From: an uncultured Deinococcaceae bacterium
GTDB lineage: Bacteria; Deinococcota; Deinococci; Deinococcales; Deinococcaceae
Length of the DNA stretch: 64,000 bases
Assembly: GCA_964252075.1 (NCBI GenBank)
Contig: CAXULY010000016.1
Coordinates: 1 to 64,000, forward strand
Direction of reading: 5' to 3'
In this document: piece by piece, positions 50,075-60,257 of the stretch
How positions within the stretch are numbered: position 1 is the stretch's first letter
Layout: every line of letters begins with the position of its first letter
Notes under the pieces: generated by a model
Told to the model about the DNA's origin: nothing
Database searches by the model: none
Seen by the model: the letters and a program-made list of their open reading frames with translations, nothing else
Made by a program: the position numbers and the translations under genes

Positions 50075-50129
50075 AACCTCGTCATTATAGGCCGGGGGGC
50101 GGGGCGCCGCACCGCGCTCCCGGACCCGG

Positions 50130-51206
<1,077 letters not shown>

Positions 51207-51221
51207 GGGTCAAAACCTCCT

Positions 51222-51292
51222 GAAGCGGCGCGTTGCGCGGCACGGGACCCTTGCGGACCCGCGCCGTTTCGGCGTGCCTTCACTTCATTCTG
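51222..51292 (-). promoter_or_regulatory. Structured 5' leader and -10 box of the PilT/PilU-family gene
   Basis: TGxCAGAAT-like -10 near 51292-51287. Then GGCACG/CGTGCC enclosing CCG-AAA-CGG and GGGTCC-GCAA-GGGTCC hairpins, ending just before AGGAGG. Confidence 0.4.
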
Positions 51293-51435
51293 CATCAACA
51301 CTCACGCGCGTCGGGGCGCAAGTGGGGCATGGTGGGGGCGCCGCACTGCAGTCAAGGCGCGTCAGGGGCCAGACGCTTCCGCCCGATCAGTGGGCTGCGT
51401 CCTCCGACGTGGCCGCACCGCGAGCAGCGCTGGGC

Positions 51436-52758
51436 TCAGTCGCGCTGCCCGCTGCGGTTCGCGTCCGGCGCGCCCAGGTGCGCCAGCACCTCGCGCGCGG
51501 CGCGTTCGCCGCTCATCAGCGCGCCCTCCATGGTGGCGGTGTGCCCCGCCGTGGCGGTCGCCTCACCCGCGAAGAACAACGTGTTCGCCATGGGCGCGCT
51601 CAGGGCGTCGCGCGCCTCCAGCGCGCCCGCCGGGACGAAGCTGTACGCGCCGCGCGCGTACGGGTCCGCGCCCCAGTCGTGGTAATGCCAGCCCACCACC
51701 TGCGCGCCCACCAGCGTGTGCGGCAGGTTCAGGGCCCGCGCGAGGCTCTCCAGCACCACGCTGCGCAACTCTGCCTCACCGAGCGCCCGCAGGTGCTCGG
51801 CGGCCCGCCCGCCCGCCCACGCCACCAGGAGGGGCGCGTGCGCGGGCAGGCGGGTCCAGAAGGTCGGGACCGCCTCTGCGGTCTGCAGGAACTTCAGGGC
51901 GAACAGGCTGGCCCCGTCCGCCCGCAGGTCCTCCCAGAAGCGGTCCCGGAAGCGCAGCGTGACCTTCACGACGCTGCCCATCGCGAGGCGCCGCGCCGCC
52001 GCGCGGTGCTCCGGCACGTCCGGCGCGAAGGTCACGGCGCCCTCACCGGCCTCCGCCTGCCACACCCCGATGGGCAGCGTCACGACCGCCGCGCGCGCGT
52101 GCAGCGGGCCGCGGCTGGTGTCCACCGCCACCTCGCCCGGGGCCCAGCGCACCTCGCGCACCACGTGCCCCAGGTGCAGGGCGCCCTGCAGGTCCGCCGC
52201 GAGGTGCGTGGCGAGGCGGTCGTTGCCGCTCAGCGTGTGGAACTGCCCGCTGGTCTGCCCGCCCGGTTCGTTCGCCTCCACCTCCAGAAACCAGCGCAGG
52301 CTCACTTCATCCACGGGCGCCGCGTCGAAGCCCTCCACGTACTGCGCGACGCGCGCCCGCACCTCCCGCCACGTGTCGCCCGGCACGACCGTTTCCAGCG
52401 CCCTCTGGAGCGTCACGTCCGCGCCCTCGCGCGGCAGGTGCGGCAGCACCTCATCCAGCCCGACGCGGATGCCGTCCTCGCGCCGCAGACCCGCGTGACT
52501 CGACCAGGAGTCCCCGGTCGTCTCGATCAGCGCGGCGCCCGCCTCGCGCAGCAACCGCCAGCTGAGGCTGTCGGGCCCCTCGATGAACTCCGCGCCGTAC
52601 TCGATGGGGTGCGGGATTTCCTGATCCATGCGGGAGTACACGCGGCCCCCCACCCGCTCGCGCGCCTCCACCACCTGCACGCTCAGGCCCGCGCGCCGCA
52701 GGGTGCGGGCGGCCATCAGGCCCGCCAGGCCCGCCCCGATCACAATCACGTCCGTCAT
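51436..52758 (-). CDS. Flavin monoamine oxidase family FAD-dependent oxidoreductase
   Basis: Motifs IGAGLAGL, EARERVGGR, W..DPYARGAYS, FFAGEAT and TMEGALMSG.RAA. Confidence 0.93.
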   Translation of the reverse strand: MTDVIVIGAGLAGLMAARTLRRAGLSVQVVEARERVGGRVYSRMDQEIPHPIEYGAEFIEGPDSLSWRLLREAGAALIETTGDSWSSHAGLRREDGIRVGLDEVLPHLPREGADVTLQRALETVVPGDTWREVRARVAQYVEGFDAAPVDEVSLRWFLEVEANEPGGQTSGQFHTLSGNDRLATHLAADLQGALHLGHVVREVRWAPGEVAVDTSRGPLHARAAVVTLPIGVWQAEAGEGAVTFAPDVPEHRAAARRLAMGSVVKVTLRFRDRFWEDLRADGASLFALKFLQTAEAVPTFWTRLPAHAPLLVAWAGGRAAEHLRALGEAELRSVVLESLARALNLPHTLVGAQVVGWHYHDWGADPYARGAYSFVPAGALEARDALSAPMANTLFFAGEATATAGHTATMEGALMSGERAAREVLAHLGAPDANRSGQRD

Positions 52759-52835
52759 GCGCTCAGCTTAGGGGCCACCCGAGGGTGTTGGGGTGCAGGA
52801 GGGTCAGCGCGGCTTCACGCGGCCGCCGCCCACCC

Positions 52836-53213
52836 TCAGCGCCCCAGCGAGCGCACCCGGAACGCGCGCTCCAGCAGCACGTCCAGCAGCCAGCTCACCA
52901 CCGTCAGGACCAGCGCGCCGACCACCGCCGCGCTGAAGTCCGCGACGTTCAGGCGCGTGAGGCCCGCCACGATCAGCAGCACCACGGCGTTCACGACCAG
53001 CGTGAAGAGCCCCAGCGTCAGGAGGTTCAGCGGCAGCGCGAGCAGCAGCAGCACCGGCCGGATCAGGGCGTTCACGAGGCCCAGCACCAGCCCCGCCAGC
53101 AGCGCGCTGAACGCGTCCGGCTCACCCTGGAAGTACACGCCCTGGCGGTACACGAGCGCCGTGAGCCACAACGCGAGCGCGTTCACGACGACCTTGATGA
53201 TGAAGTTCCGCAT
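52836..53213 (-). CDS. Phage holin family / YvlD-like four-TM membrane protein
   Basis: Motif GLVNALIRPVL.LL.LP...LTLGLF.LVVNA. Confidence 0.88.
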   Translation of the reverse strand: MRNFIIKVVVNALALWLTALVYRQGVYFQGEPDAFSALLAGLVLGLVNALIRPVLLLLALPLNLLTLGLFTLVVNAVVLLIVAGLTRLNVADFSAAVVGALVLTVVSWLLDVLLERAFRVRSLGR

Positions 53214-53271
53214 ACGGCCAGCGTAAAGGAGGCCCTGCCTGGCACATGAACCCACGCGTTACGCTGACGTC

Positions 53272-53910
53272 ATGCCCATGACCTCCAGCACCCTGGGCGC
53301 GCCCCTCCCCGCGCTGCTGTACACCCCCCCGAGCGCGAGCGAGGACGCGCCCCTGCCGCTCATCCTGTTCCTGCACGGCTCGGGCGAACGCGGGCGCGAC
53401 CTGAACCGCCTGCGCCTGCACGGCCTCCCGCGCGAACTTGAGGGGGGGCGTGACCTGCCCGCGTACGTCGTCGCGCCGCAGTGCCCGGAGGACGTGTGGT
53501 GGGACGCCATCACGGGTGACCTCAGCGCCCTGCTGGACGCGGTGGAGGCGCGCGTGCGGGTGGACCCGGACCGGGTGCTCGTCACGGGCCTCAGCATGGG
53601 CGGCTACGGCACGTGGGCGCTCGCCCTGCGCGAACCGCGGCGCTTCGCGGCGCTCGCGCCCATCTGCGGTGGCGGCGACCCCACGCGCGCCGCCGAGATC
53701 GCACACATCCCCGAGTGGGTGTTCCACGGCGCGCTCGACGACGTGGTGCCCGCCCGCAACTCCGAGGAGATGGTCGCGGCCCTGCGCGCGGCGGGCGGGG
53801 ACGTGCGCTTCACCCTGTACCCGGACCTCGCGCACGATTCCTGGACGCGCGCCTACGGTGAGCAGGCGCTGTACGACTGGCTGCTCGCGCAGCGGAGGGC
53901 CACGGGCTAA
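53272..53910 (+). CDS. Alpha/beta hydrolase (phospholipase/carboxylesterase or predicted peptidase)
   Basis: Motifs FLHGSGE, GLSMGG nucleophile, FHGALDDVV and HDSW. Confidence 0.9.
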   Translation: MPMTSSTLGAPLPALLYTPPSASEDAPLPLILFLHGSGERGRDLNRLRLHGLPRELEGGRDLPAYVVAPQCPEDVWWDAITGDLSALLDAVEARVRVDPDRVLVTGLSMGGYGTWALALREPRRFAALAPICGGGDPTRAAEIAHIPEWVFHGALDDVVPARNSEEMVAALRAAGGDVRFTLYPDLAHDSWTRAYGEQALYDWLLAQRRATG

Positions 53911-54428
53911 GGCTGGGCCGCGTCTCGCAGGGCCGCCAGCGCGCCGCGCAGCGCCCCCGTCACCTCGGGCCGGGCGGCCAGCGTGTCCGGTGCCTGCGCC
54001 GGCCCGGCCAGCGGCACGCGCAGGCAGGCGCCCTCCACCAGCCGCGCGGACATCACCCCCAGCGTCTCGCGCAGGTTCGCCTGCGCGAAATCCGCCTGCA
54101 TGGACGCGTTCAGCAGGCCCACCGGCCTCCCGACCAGTTCGCCGCTGCCCACCACCCAGTCCAGCGCGTTCTTGAAGGCGCCCGGCAGGCCGTGCGCGTA
54201 CTCCGGGCAGCAGATCAGCACGGCGTCCGACGCGGCCAGCGCCGCCTGGAAGGCCCGCACGGGCTCGGGCGCCTGGTCCTCATGGTCCGGGTTGAAGGGC
54301 GGTAGCTCCGCCAGGCCCTCGAAGGGCGTGACCGTCACGCCTTCGGGCGCCACCAGGGCCGCCGCTGCCAGCAGCGCGGTGTTCTTCGATACCCGCCGCA
54401 GGCTGCCCGACAGGGCCAGCACCCGCAT
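53907..54428 (-). CDS. NADPH-dependent FMN reductase
   Basis: Motifs SGSLRRVSKN and PEYAHGLPGAFKNALDW. TGATG coupling to purB. Confidence 0.92.
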   Translation of the reverse strand: MRVLALSGSLRRVSKNTALLAAAALVAPEGVTVTPFEGLAELPPFNPDHEDQAPEPVRAFQAALAASDAVLICCPEYAHGLPGAFKNALDWVVGSGELVGRPVGLLNASMQADFAQANLRETLGVMSARLVEGACLRVPLAGPAQAPDTLAARPEVTGALRGALAALRDAAQP

Positions 54429-55735
54429 CACAGCCCGAAGCGGGCGTACACGTCATTCACGTGCCGCAGGTACCACGTCAGGTCGAAGGCCCGGTCCAGG
54501 TCCTCGGGCGTCAGGGGGCTCTCCGGGTCCGCGAGCAGCAGGTCCCGCAGGTGCCCGCCCTCCTCCCACACGCGCAGGGAGTTGCGCTGCACGATCGCGT
54601 ACGCCGCCTCGCGGCTCAGGCCGCGCTCGTCAATCAGCAGGTGCAGCACCCGCTGGCTGAACACCAGGCCGCCCAGCGCGTTCAGGTTCGCGAGCATGCG
54701 CGCGGGGAACACCACGAGGTCCCGCAGCACGCCCGTGAGGCGCCGCGTCGCGTAACTCGCGGCGCCCGTCGCGTCCGGCAGGATCACGCGCTCCGCGCTG
54801 GAGTGGCTGATGTCCCGCTCGTGCCACAGCGCCACGTTCTCCAGGCCCGTCACGAGGAAGCCACGCAGCAGCCGCGCGAAGCCCGTGACGTTCTCCGTCA
54901 GGATGGGGTTCTTCTTGTGCGGCATGGAGCTGCTGCCCTTCTGCCCGACCGCGAAGGGCTCCATCGCCTCGCGCACCTCGGTGCGCTGCAGGTGCCGCAC
55001 CTCCACCGCGATCTTCTCCAGCGTCGCGCCCAGAATGGCGAGCGCCGCGAGCACCTCCGCGTGGCGGTCGCGCGACAGGGTCTGGTTCGTGACGGGCGCC
55101 GCGCGCCAGCCCCACTGGGACGCCACGCGCTCCTCCACCTGCGGGCTCACGTGCGCGTAGGTGCCGACGCTGCCTGACAGCATCACCACCCGCACGCGCT
55201 CCCGCGCGGCGCGCAGGCGCTCCAGGTCGCGGTCGAGCGCCGCCATCCAGTTCAGGAACTTCAGGCCGAAGGTCATGGGCTCCGCGTGGATGCCGTGCGT
55301 GCGCCCGATGGTGGGCGTGTGCTTGTGCGTGATGGCCTGCGCGCGGCACACCTCGCGCAGCGCCTCCACGTCCATGATGATGATGCGCAGCGCCTCGTCG
55401 AGCAGCAGGTTCTGCGCGGTGTCCACCACGTCCGTGCTGGTCAGGCCGTGGTGCACGAAGCGCGCGTTCTCGCCGTAGCGCTCGCTGAGCGCCGTCGTGA
55501 ACGCCACGATGTCGTGGCGCGTCACGGCCTCCACCTCTGCCACCCGCGCGGCGAAGGCCTCATCGAGGGGGTCGGCGTGGCTGCGCGCCACGAGGTCCCC
55601 GTGCGCCTCCAGCGGCACCTCGCCCAGCTCCGCCTGCGCCTGCATGGCCGCGAGTTCCACGCGCAGCCACGCGCGGTACTTGTTCGCCTCGCTCCACAGG
55701 GCGCGCATTTCGGGGGTCAGGTAACGGTCAATCAT
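54428..55735 (-). CDS. purB: Adenylosuccinate lyase
   Basis: Motifs MIDRY, TRHD, HHGLTSTD, GRTHGIHAEP, GSSSMPHKKNP and WHERDISHSS. Confidence 0.98.
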   Translation of the reverse strand: MIDRYLTPEMRALWSEANKYRAWLRVELAAMQAQAELGEVPLEAHGDLVARSHADPLDEAFAARVAEVEAVTRHDIVAFTTALSERYGENARFVHHGLTSTDVVDTAQNLLLDEALRIIIMDVEALREVCRAQAITHKHTPTIGRTHGIHAEPMTFGLKFLNWMAALDRDLERLRAARERVRVVMLSGSVGTYAHVSPQVEERVASQWGWRAAPVTNQTLSRDRHAEVLAALAILGATLEKIAVEVRHLQRTEVREAMEPFAVGQKGSSSMPHKKNPILTENVTGFARLLRGFLVTGLENVALWHERDISHSSAERVILPDATGAASYATRRLTGVLRDLVVFPARMLANLNALGGLVFSQRVLHLLIDERGLSREAAYAIVQRNSLRVWEEGGHLRDLLLADPESPLTPEDLDRAFDLTWYLRHVNDVYARFGL

Positions 55736-55778
55736 GACGCGAGGATACCGTGCCCGCGCGGGCGCGAACGGCCCGCCC

Positions 55779-56441
55779 TCAGCCGCCCGCTGGAGCGCTG
55801 TCCGACCCGAAGCCCCGCACACCCACCCACAGCACCCGCGCGCCCGGCTGCAGCAGCGCCTCCGCCGGAATGAACGCGTTCCACACCTGATTCCTGGGCA
55901 CCACGTCCGGCTTCCCGATCGCATGGTTCAGCTGGTTCTGCAGGTTCGAGCAGTAGAACGTCTCGTTCTGCCCGCTCAGGTTGTACGGGCGGCCCCGCAC
56001 GCGCCGCAACTCCGCGCGCAGCGCCGGCATCTGCTCGTCCGTCACGCCCTCATCCAGCACGATCACCGCGTAGCGCGCGTACAGCAGGCTGATGGGGTAC
56101 TCGTTCGCGCCGCGCGACGGCCAGGTGTCCGCCAGCGTGCTGTCCGACAGCTTGCGCGTGATGTGCGAACACGGCCCCCAGAAGTTGCTCACGTCGGTGT
56201 CCTGCCAGCACGCCACGATCACGCTGCCCGGAGGTGCGCGGCGCAGCGCTTCCGGGATGGAGGTGAGCTGCGCCGCCGCGACGCGCTGCGTGACGAGCAC
56301 GCTCGCGGCGTCCGTCTGGGTGAGGCCCGCGTCCGGCCGGAAGTTCAGGTTCCGCACGCCCAGGGTCGGGAGGCAACCGGACAGCAGCGCCGCGAGCGGC
56401 AACACCAGCCATGGAGTGAGAAGGCGGTGAGAGAACGCCAT
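55779..56441 (-). CDS. Lipoprotein, permuted papain-like (YiiX/YebB-type NlpC/P60) domain
   Basis: Lipobox LSGC. His (WGPCSHI) precedes Cys (GRPY...FYCSNL), and a later P..L motif is present. Confidence 0.7.
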   Translation of the reverse strand: MAFSHRLLTPWLVLPLAALLSGCLPTLGVRNLNFRPDAGLTQTDAASVLVTQRVAAAQLTSIPEALRRAPPGSVIVACWQDTDVSNFWGPCSHITRKLSDSTLADTWPSRGANEYPISLLYARYAVIVLDEGVTDEQMPALRAELRRVRGRPYNLSGQNETFYCSNLQNQLNHAIGKPDVVPRNQVWNAFIPAEALLQPGARVLWVGVRGFGSDSAPAGG

Positions 56442-56535
56442 GCCGTAGTTTATCGCGCCACCACGCACCCCGCCCACGCATTTCATCTCAATTCCCGAAC
56501 GGCAGCGCCACGTCCGCCCACCTACACTGAAACCC

Positions 56536-57324
56536 ATGACCCGTCCGGACCTCCACACCTACCTCGACACCGCCATCCGCGCCGCGCGCGCCGCGGGCGC
56601 CATTCACCTCGCGCACGCGGAACAGCCCCACACCATCGACCGCAAATCCACGTACTCCGACCTCGTCACCGAGGTGGACCGCCTCGCGGAAACCGAAATC
56701 CGCCGCATCATCCTCGACGCGCACCCCAACCACGCCATCCTTGGCGAGGAGGAAGGCGAGCTCGGCAGCGGCGCGCACGACGCCCTGTGGGTCGTGGACC
56801 CCCTCGACGGCACCGTGAACTACGCGCACGGCCTCCCCATCTACTGCGCCTCCGTCGGCCTGGAACTGAACGGCGAACGCATGGTGGGCGCCGTGTACGA
56901 CCCCACCCGCGATGAACTCTTCACCGCCGTGCGCGGCGGCGGCGCGCACCTCAACGGACGGCGCGTCCACGTGTCACGCACGGACCACGACGGCCCACCG
57001 CTCGTCGCCACCGGCTTCGCGTACGACGTCGCGGACGACCAGAGCAACGTCGCGCTCCTGCAGCGCGTGCTGAGCGAAGGCTGGCCCGTCCGCCGCCCCG
57101 GCGCCGCCGCCCTCGACCTCTGCAACGTCGCCTGCGGCCGCATGGACGCGTACTGGGAACTGGGCCTCAAACGCTGGGACGCCGCCGCCGCCAGCCTCAT
57201 CCTCGAAGAGGCGGGCGGTCGCGTCACGGACGCGCAGGGCGCCCCCACCCCCTACGCGCGCGTGATCGTCGCCAGCAACGGCGTGCTGCACGACGCCCTG
57301 CTGCGGCTGCTCGCGCACCCATGA
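56536..57324 (+). CDS. suhB: Inositol monophosphatase family protein
   Basis: Motifs DLVTEVD, GEE, WVVDPLDGTVNY, GAAALDL and WDAAA. Confidence 0.93.
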   Translation: MTRPDLHTYLDTAIRAARAAGAIHLAHAEQPHTIDRKSTYSDLVTEVDRLAETEIRRIILDAHPNHAILGEEEGELGSGAHDALWVVDPLDGTVNYAHGLPIYCASVGLELNGERMVGAVYDPTRDELFTAVRGGGAHLNGRRVHVSRTDHDGPPLVATGFAYDVADDQSNVALLQRVLSEGWPVRRPGAAALDLCNVACGRMDAYWELGLKRWDAAAASLILEEAGGRVTDAQGAPTPYARVIVASNGVLHDALLRLLAHP

Positions 57325-57506
57325 AGTCCGGCTGGACGCTCCCCGCCTTCACCGTGTTCCTGCTGATCGTGCTGAACATCGGCGGGCTGGTCTCGGTGGT
57401 GCTGGACGTGGGGGGCGGGCACTGGGCGGGGTTGTGGAAGCTCCTGGCGGTGGCCGCGCTGGACCTGCTGGGCTTCGGGCTGCTGCGCTGGATGCGGGAG
57501 GACTGA
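57321..57506 (+). CDS. Small two-helix membrane protein (61 aa)
   Basis: ATGA overlap with the suhB stop, two hydrophobic segments and GC3-rich codons. Confidence 0.7.
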   Translation: MKSGWTLPAFTVFLLIVLNIGGLVSVVLDVGGGHWAGLWKLLAVAALDLLGFGLLRWMRED

Positions 57507-57602
57507 GGGGCGCGCGGGCCTTCGTGGGCGCGGAAGATTTGCTTATGTCCGGACGGTGGCCCGCCGCGCTGGGCTGCCGGGCTCCCAGGTGGTCCCTGCC
57601 GC

Positions 57603-58793
57603 TCAGTCGGCGGGGGAGAGGCTGGGATTCGGAGCGGCGGAGCGCCAGGCCGCAAGCACCGGCAGGGCGCACACCACGAGGCACCCCGTGGCGAGCGCCG
57701 CGAACCCCACCTGCGCGATCACGAGGCCGCCCACCAGGGTGCCCGTCGCGGCCAGCAGGTACCCGAGGGCGTCCACGCTGCCCTGCGCGCTGCGGTACGC
57801 GGTGAGCACCTTCGCGGCGGACAGCGCGCACAGGTTCCACCCCAGACCCAGCAGGAACATCGAGACCGCGATGGCCGCCTCGCCCGGCAGCAGGGCGCTG
57901 GCCGCCGCCGCGGCGAGCAGCACGCCGCCTGAAGCGTACCCGAAGCGCACGCCGAGCCGGTCAATGAGCGGCCCCGTGAACCACCCGAAGCCGAACATGC
58001 CCGTGATGTGCCCCGTCACGATGCCCGCCACACCCATGTGATTCATGCCCATGTGGTGCGCGCGCAGCGGCGTGAGGGACATCAGGGTGACCATCAGGCC
58101 CTGCGCCGTCGCGCCCGCCACGGCGGCCCACACCAGCTCGCGCGGCCAGCGGCCCATACGCGCCGCGCTCCGGGTGACGCCGCCGGACTCCGCCCTGCTG
58201 GGCCGCCACGCCAGGGTCAGAAGCGCGCCCAGCAGCAGGAACACCGCCGCGAGCGTCCAGCCCGCCGCCTCCACGCTGGTGTTCAGGCGCGCCGCAACCA
58301 CACCGAGGACTGGGGTGAGCAGCGTCCCCACGCCCGACCCCAGCACGGACGCCAGCATCAGCAGACCCAGCGCGAGGCCCCGGTGCCGCGCGGGCACGCT
58401 CTCCGCGGCGGCGTAGCGGCCCTGCTGGAAGCCGCCCTGCGCCGCGCCGATCATCGCGGAGCCCAGCAGGAACACCGGGAGGCTGTGCGCCAGCACGCCC
58501 CCGAAACCCACCAGCGCGCCCACCGCGCCGAGGCTGTACGCGCTGACCAGCCCACCTCGCCGCCCGAAGCGCAGCATCAGCCACCCGAAGGCGCCCGCCG
58601 ACAGCGCCGAGGCGAGCGTCACGGTGGTGGACGGCAGGCCCGAGAGCGCCTCGTGCCCCATCGCCGCGACGATCAGGCTGCCCAGCACCGTCGAGGACGT
58701 CGTGGCGCCCGTCGCGAGCGCCTGCGCCAGGAACAGCAGCACCAGCCGCACGTTCAGCACGCCCGGCCCGGCGGGGGCGGCGCCCGCCTTCAC
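57603..58793 (-). CDS. MFS transporter
   Basis: About 12 hydrophobic segments. Motifs [18 protein letters not shown] and TGPLIDRLG. Confidence 0.88.
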   Translation of the reverse strand: MKAGAAPAGPGVLNVRLVLLFLAQALATGATTSSTVLGSLIVAAMGHEALSGLPSTTVTLASALSAGAFGWLMLRFGRRGGLVSAYSLGAVGALVGFGGVLAHSLPVFLLGSAMIGAAQGGFQQGRYAAAESVPARHRGLALGLLMLASVLGSGVGTLLTPVLGVVAARLNTSVEAAGWTLAAVFLLLGALLTLAWRPSRAESGGVTRSAARMGRWPRELVWAAVAGATAQGLMVTLMSLTPLRAHHMGMNHMGVAGIVTGHITGMFGFGWFTGPLIDRLGVRFGYASGGVLLAAAAASALLPGEAAIAVSMFLLGLGWNLCALSAAKVLTAYRSAQGSVDALGYLLAATGTLVGGLVIAQVGFAALATGCLVVCALPVLAAWRSAAPNPSLSPAD

Positions 58794-59239
58794 GCGCTCT
58801 GCTGGGCCCAGCGCTGCGGCACGACCTCACGCAGGTACGTCACGGGCGCGTCCGTGCTGGCGCCCGGCGTGAACACCCGACCCACCCCCAGTTCCTCCAG
58901 CTTCGGCAGGTCCACGTCCGGGATGATGCCGCCGCCGAACACCACGATGTCCGTCGCGTCGTGCTCGCGCAGCAGGGCCATCACCTCCCGGAAGTAATGC
59001 ATGTGCGCGCCGGACAGCACGCTCAGGCCGATGGCGTCCACGTCCTCCTGCAGGGCGGCGTTCACGATCATCTCGGCGGTCTGGCGCAGACCCGTGTAAA
59101 TGACTTCCATCCCGGCGTCGCGCAGCGCGCGGGCGATCACCTTGGCGCCCCGGTCGTGGCCGTCCATGCCCGGCTTGGCGATGAGCACACGGATGCGCCG
59201 TTCGGTGGGGTCGGCGGTCTGGCTGCTGGGCTGTGACAT
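58790..59239 (-). CDS. Cobalamin-binding subunit of a split acyl-CoA (methylmalonyl-CoA) mutase
   Basis: Motifs [13 protein letters not shown] (DxHxxG), [15 protein letters not shown] and FTPG. Confidence 0.95.
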   Translation of the reverse strand: MSQPSSQTADPTERRIRVLIAKPGMDGHDRGAKVIARALRDAGMEVIYTGLRQTAEMIVNAALQEDVDAIGLSVLSGAHMHYFREVMALLREHDATDIVVFGGGIIPDVDLPKLEELGVGRVFTPGASTDAPVTYLREVVPQRWAQQSA

Positions 59240-59338
59240 GACGAGGTCAGTCTACCGCGAGGCCCCCGCGAAGTCCCAGGCGCGCCACCTGTCGCGTTTC
59301 TTCAAGCGTCGCGCCCGCGCCGCGCGTCAGACTCAGGC

Positions 59339-59710
59339 ATGACCCCCTCTGCACGGCTCGCGAACGTGAACCTGCTGGTCGAGGACCCCGAGCGCGCCCG
59401 CGCCTTCTCCCTGGGCGCCTTCGGCCTGATCATGGATGAGCGCCGCTCCGCCCCGCCGCACATGCTGATCCTGGGTTCGGGCGTCACGCTGAACTTCAAG
59501 ACCGCCCGCACCGAGGAGGCCGGGAAGGCGCGCGGCCCCGGCGACACCGAACTGGGCTTCGAGACGCCCGACCTGGAGGGCGCGCGCGACGCCGTGCTGG
59601 CCCTCGGCGGGCAGGCGGGACCCATCCGCGAGTACGGCTTCGGGCGGAGCTTCGACGCGCACGACCCGGACGGCCACCCCCTCAGCGTCTACACCCTGCG
59701 CGAGGCGTGA
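59339..59710 (+). CDS. VOC/glyoxalase family protein
   Basis: Motifs NLLVEDPERARAF....FG, LGFETPDL and GRSF...DPDGH. Confidence 0.88.
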   Translation: MTPSARLANVNLLVEDPERARAFSLGAFGLIMDERRSAPPHMLILGSGVTLNFKTARTEEAGKARGPGDTELGFETPDLEGARDAVLALGGQAGPIREYGFGRSFDAHDPDGHPLSVYTLREA

Positions 59711-59731
59711 ACGCACACTAGGCGCGACCGG

Positions 59732-60214
59732 GTGAACCTGGATGCCCTGGGCGCGCAGACCGTGAAGGCCCGCGCGGTGCTGCTGGAGTACTGCACCTCG
59801 CTGCCCGCCCCGGTGTTCCTGGCAGCGGAGCCCGAGTACGGGCAGGGCAGCATGGGCGACACCCTCGCGCACGTCGCTCACTGCTACGGCGCCTGGACGG
59901 GCCGCGTGTGCCTGAACGCGCCCCTCCCCGCGGTGGAGCCCGCCGATCTGCCGGACGTGGCGGCCATCACCGTGCGCTTCGCGCAGGTGGACGCGCTGGT
60001 CTGGCGGGCCATCCGCGAGTTCACCGGGCTGGACGCGCCCTTCGACTGGACCGCCCCCTCGGGCTAGACCTTCACGGTCACGCGGCGCTGGCTGCTGCAC
60101 CCCATCACGCACGAATTTCATCACAAGGGGCAGGTGCTCACGCTGGGCCGCAAGCTGGGGCACCCCCTGCCACCCGAGTTCGACACGGATCTCCCGCCCG
60201 TGGGCGGCTGGTGA
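59732..60214 (+). pseudogene. DinB family protein interrupted by an in-frame TAG (60065-60067)
   Basis: The N-terminal part has GSMGDTLAHVA. After the TAG the same frame continues TFTVTRRWLLHPITHEFHHKGQ... to TGA at 60212-60214. Confidence 0.85.
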
Positions 60215-60257
60215 ACGACAGGGGCCCCGGCGCGCTGGAGCCCCTGAGCGCTGCACG

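Noticed and set aside
52836..53213. 'Phage holin' as evidence of a prophage
   Set aside because: It belongs to the widespread chromosomal YvlD-like family, with no endolysin or phage genes nearby.
60065..60067. Pyrrolysine or programmed recoding at the dinB TAG
   Set aside because: There are no pyl genes in the window, TAG serves as a normal stop for other genes here (e.g. IclR, SDR), and the position is not a catalytic residue.
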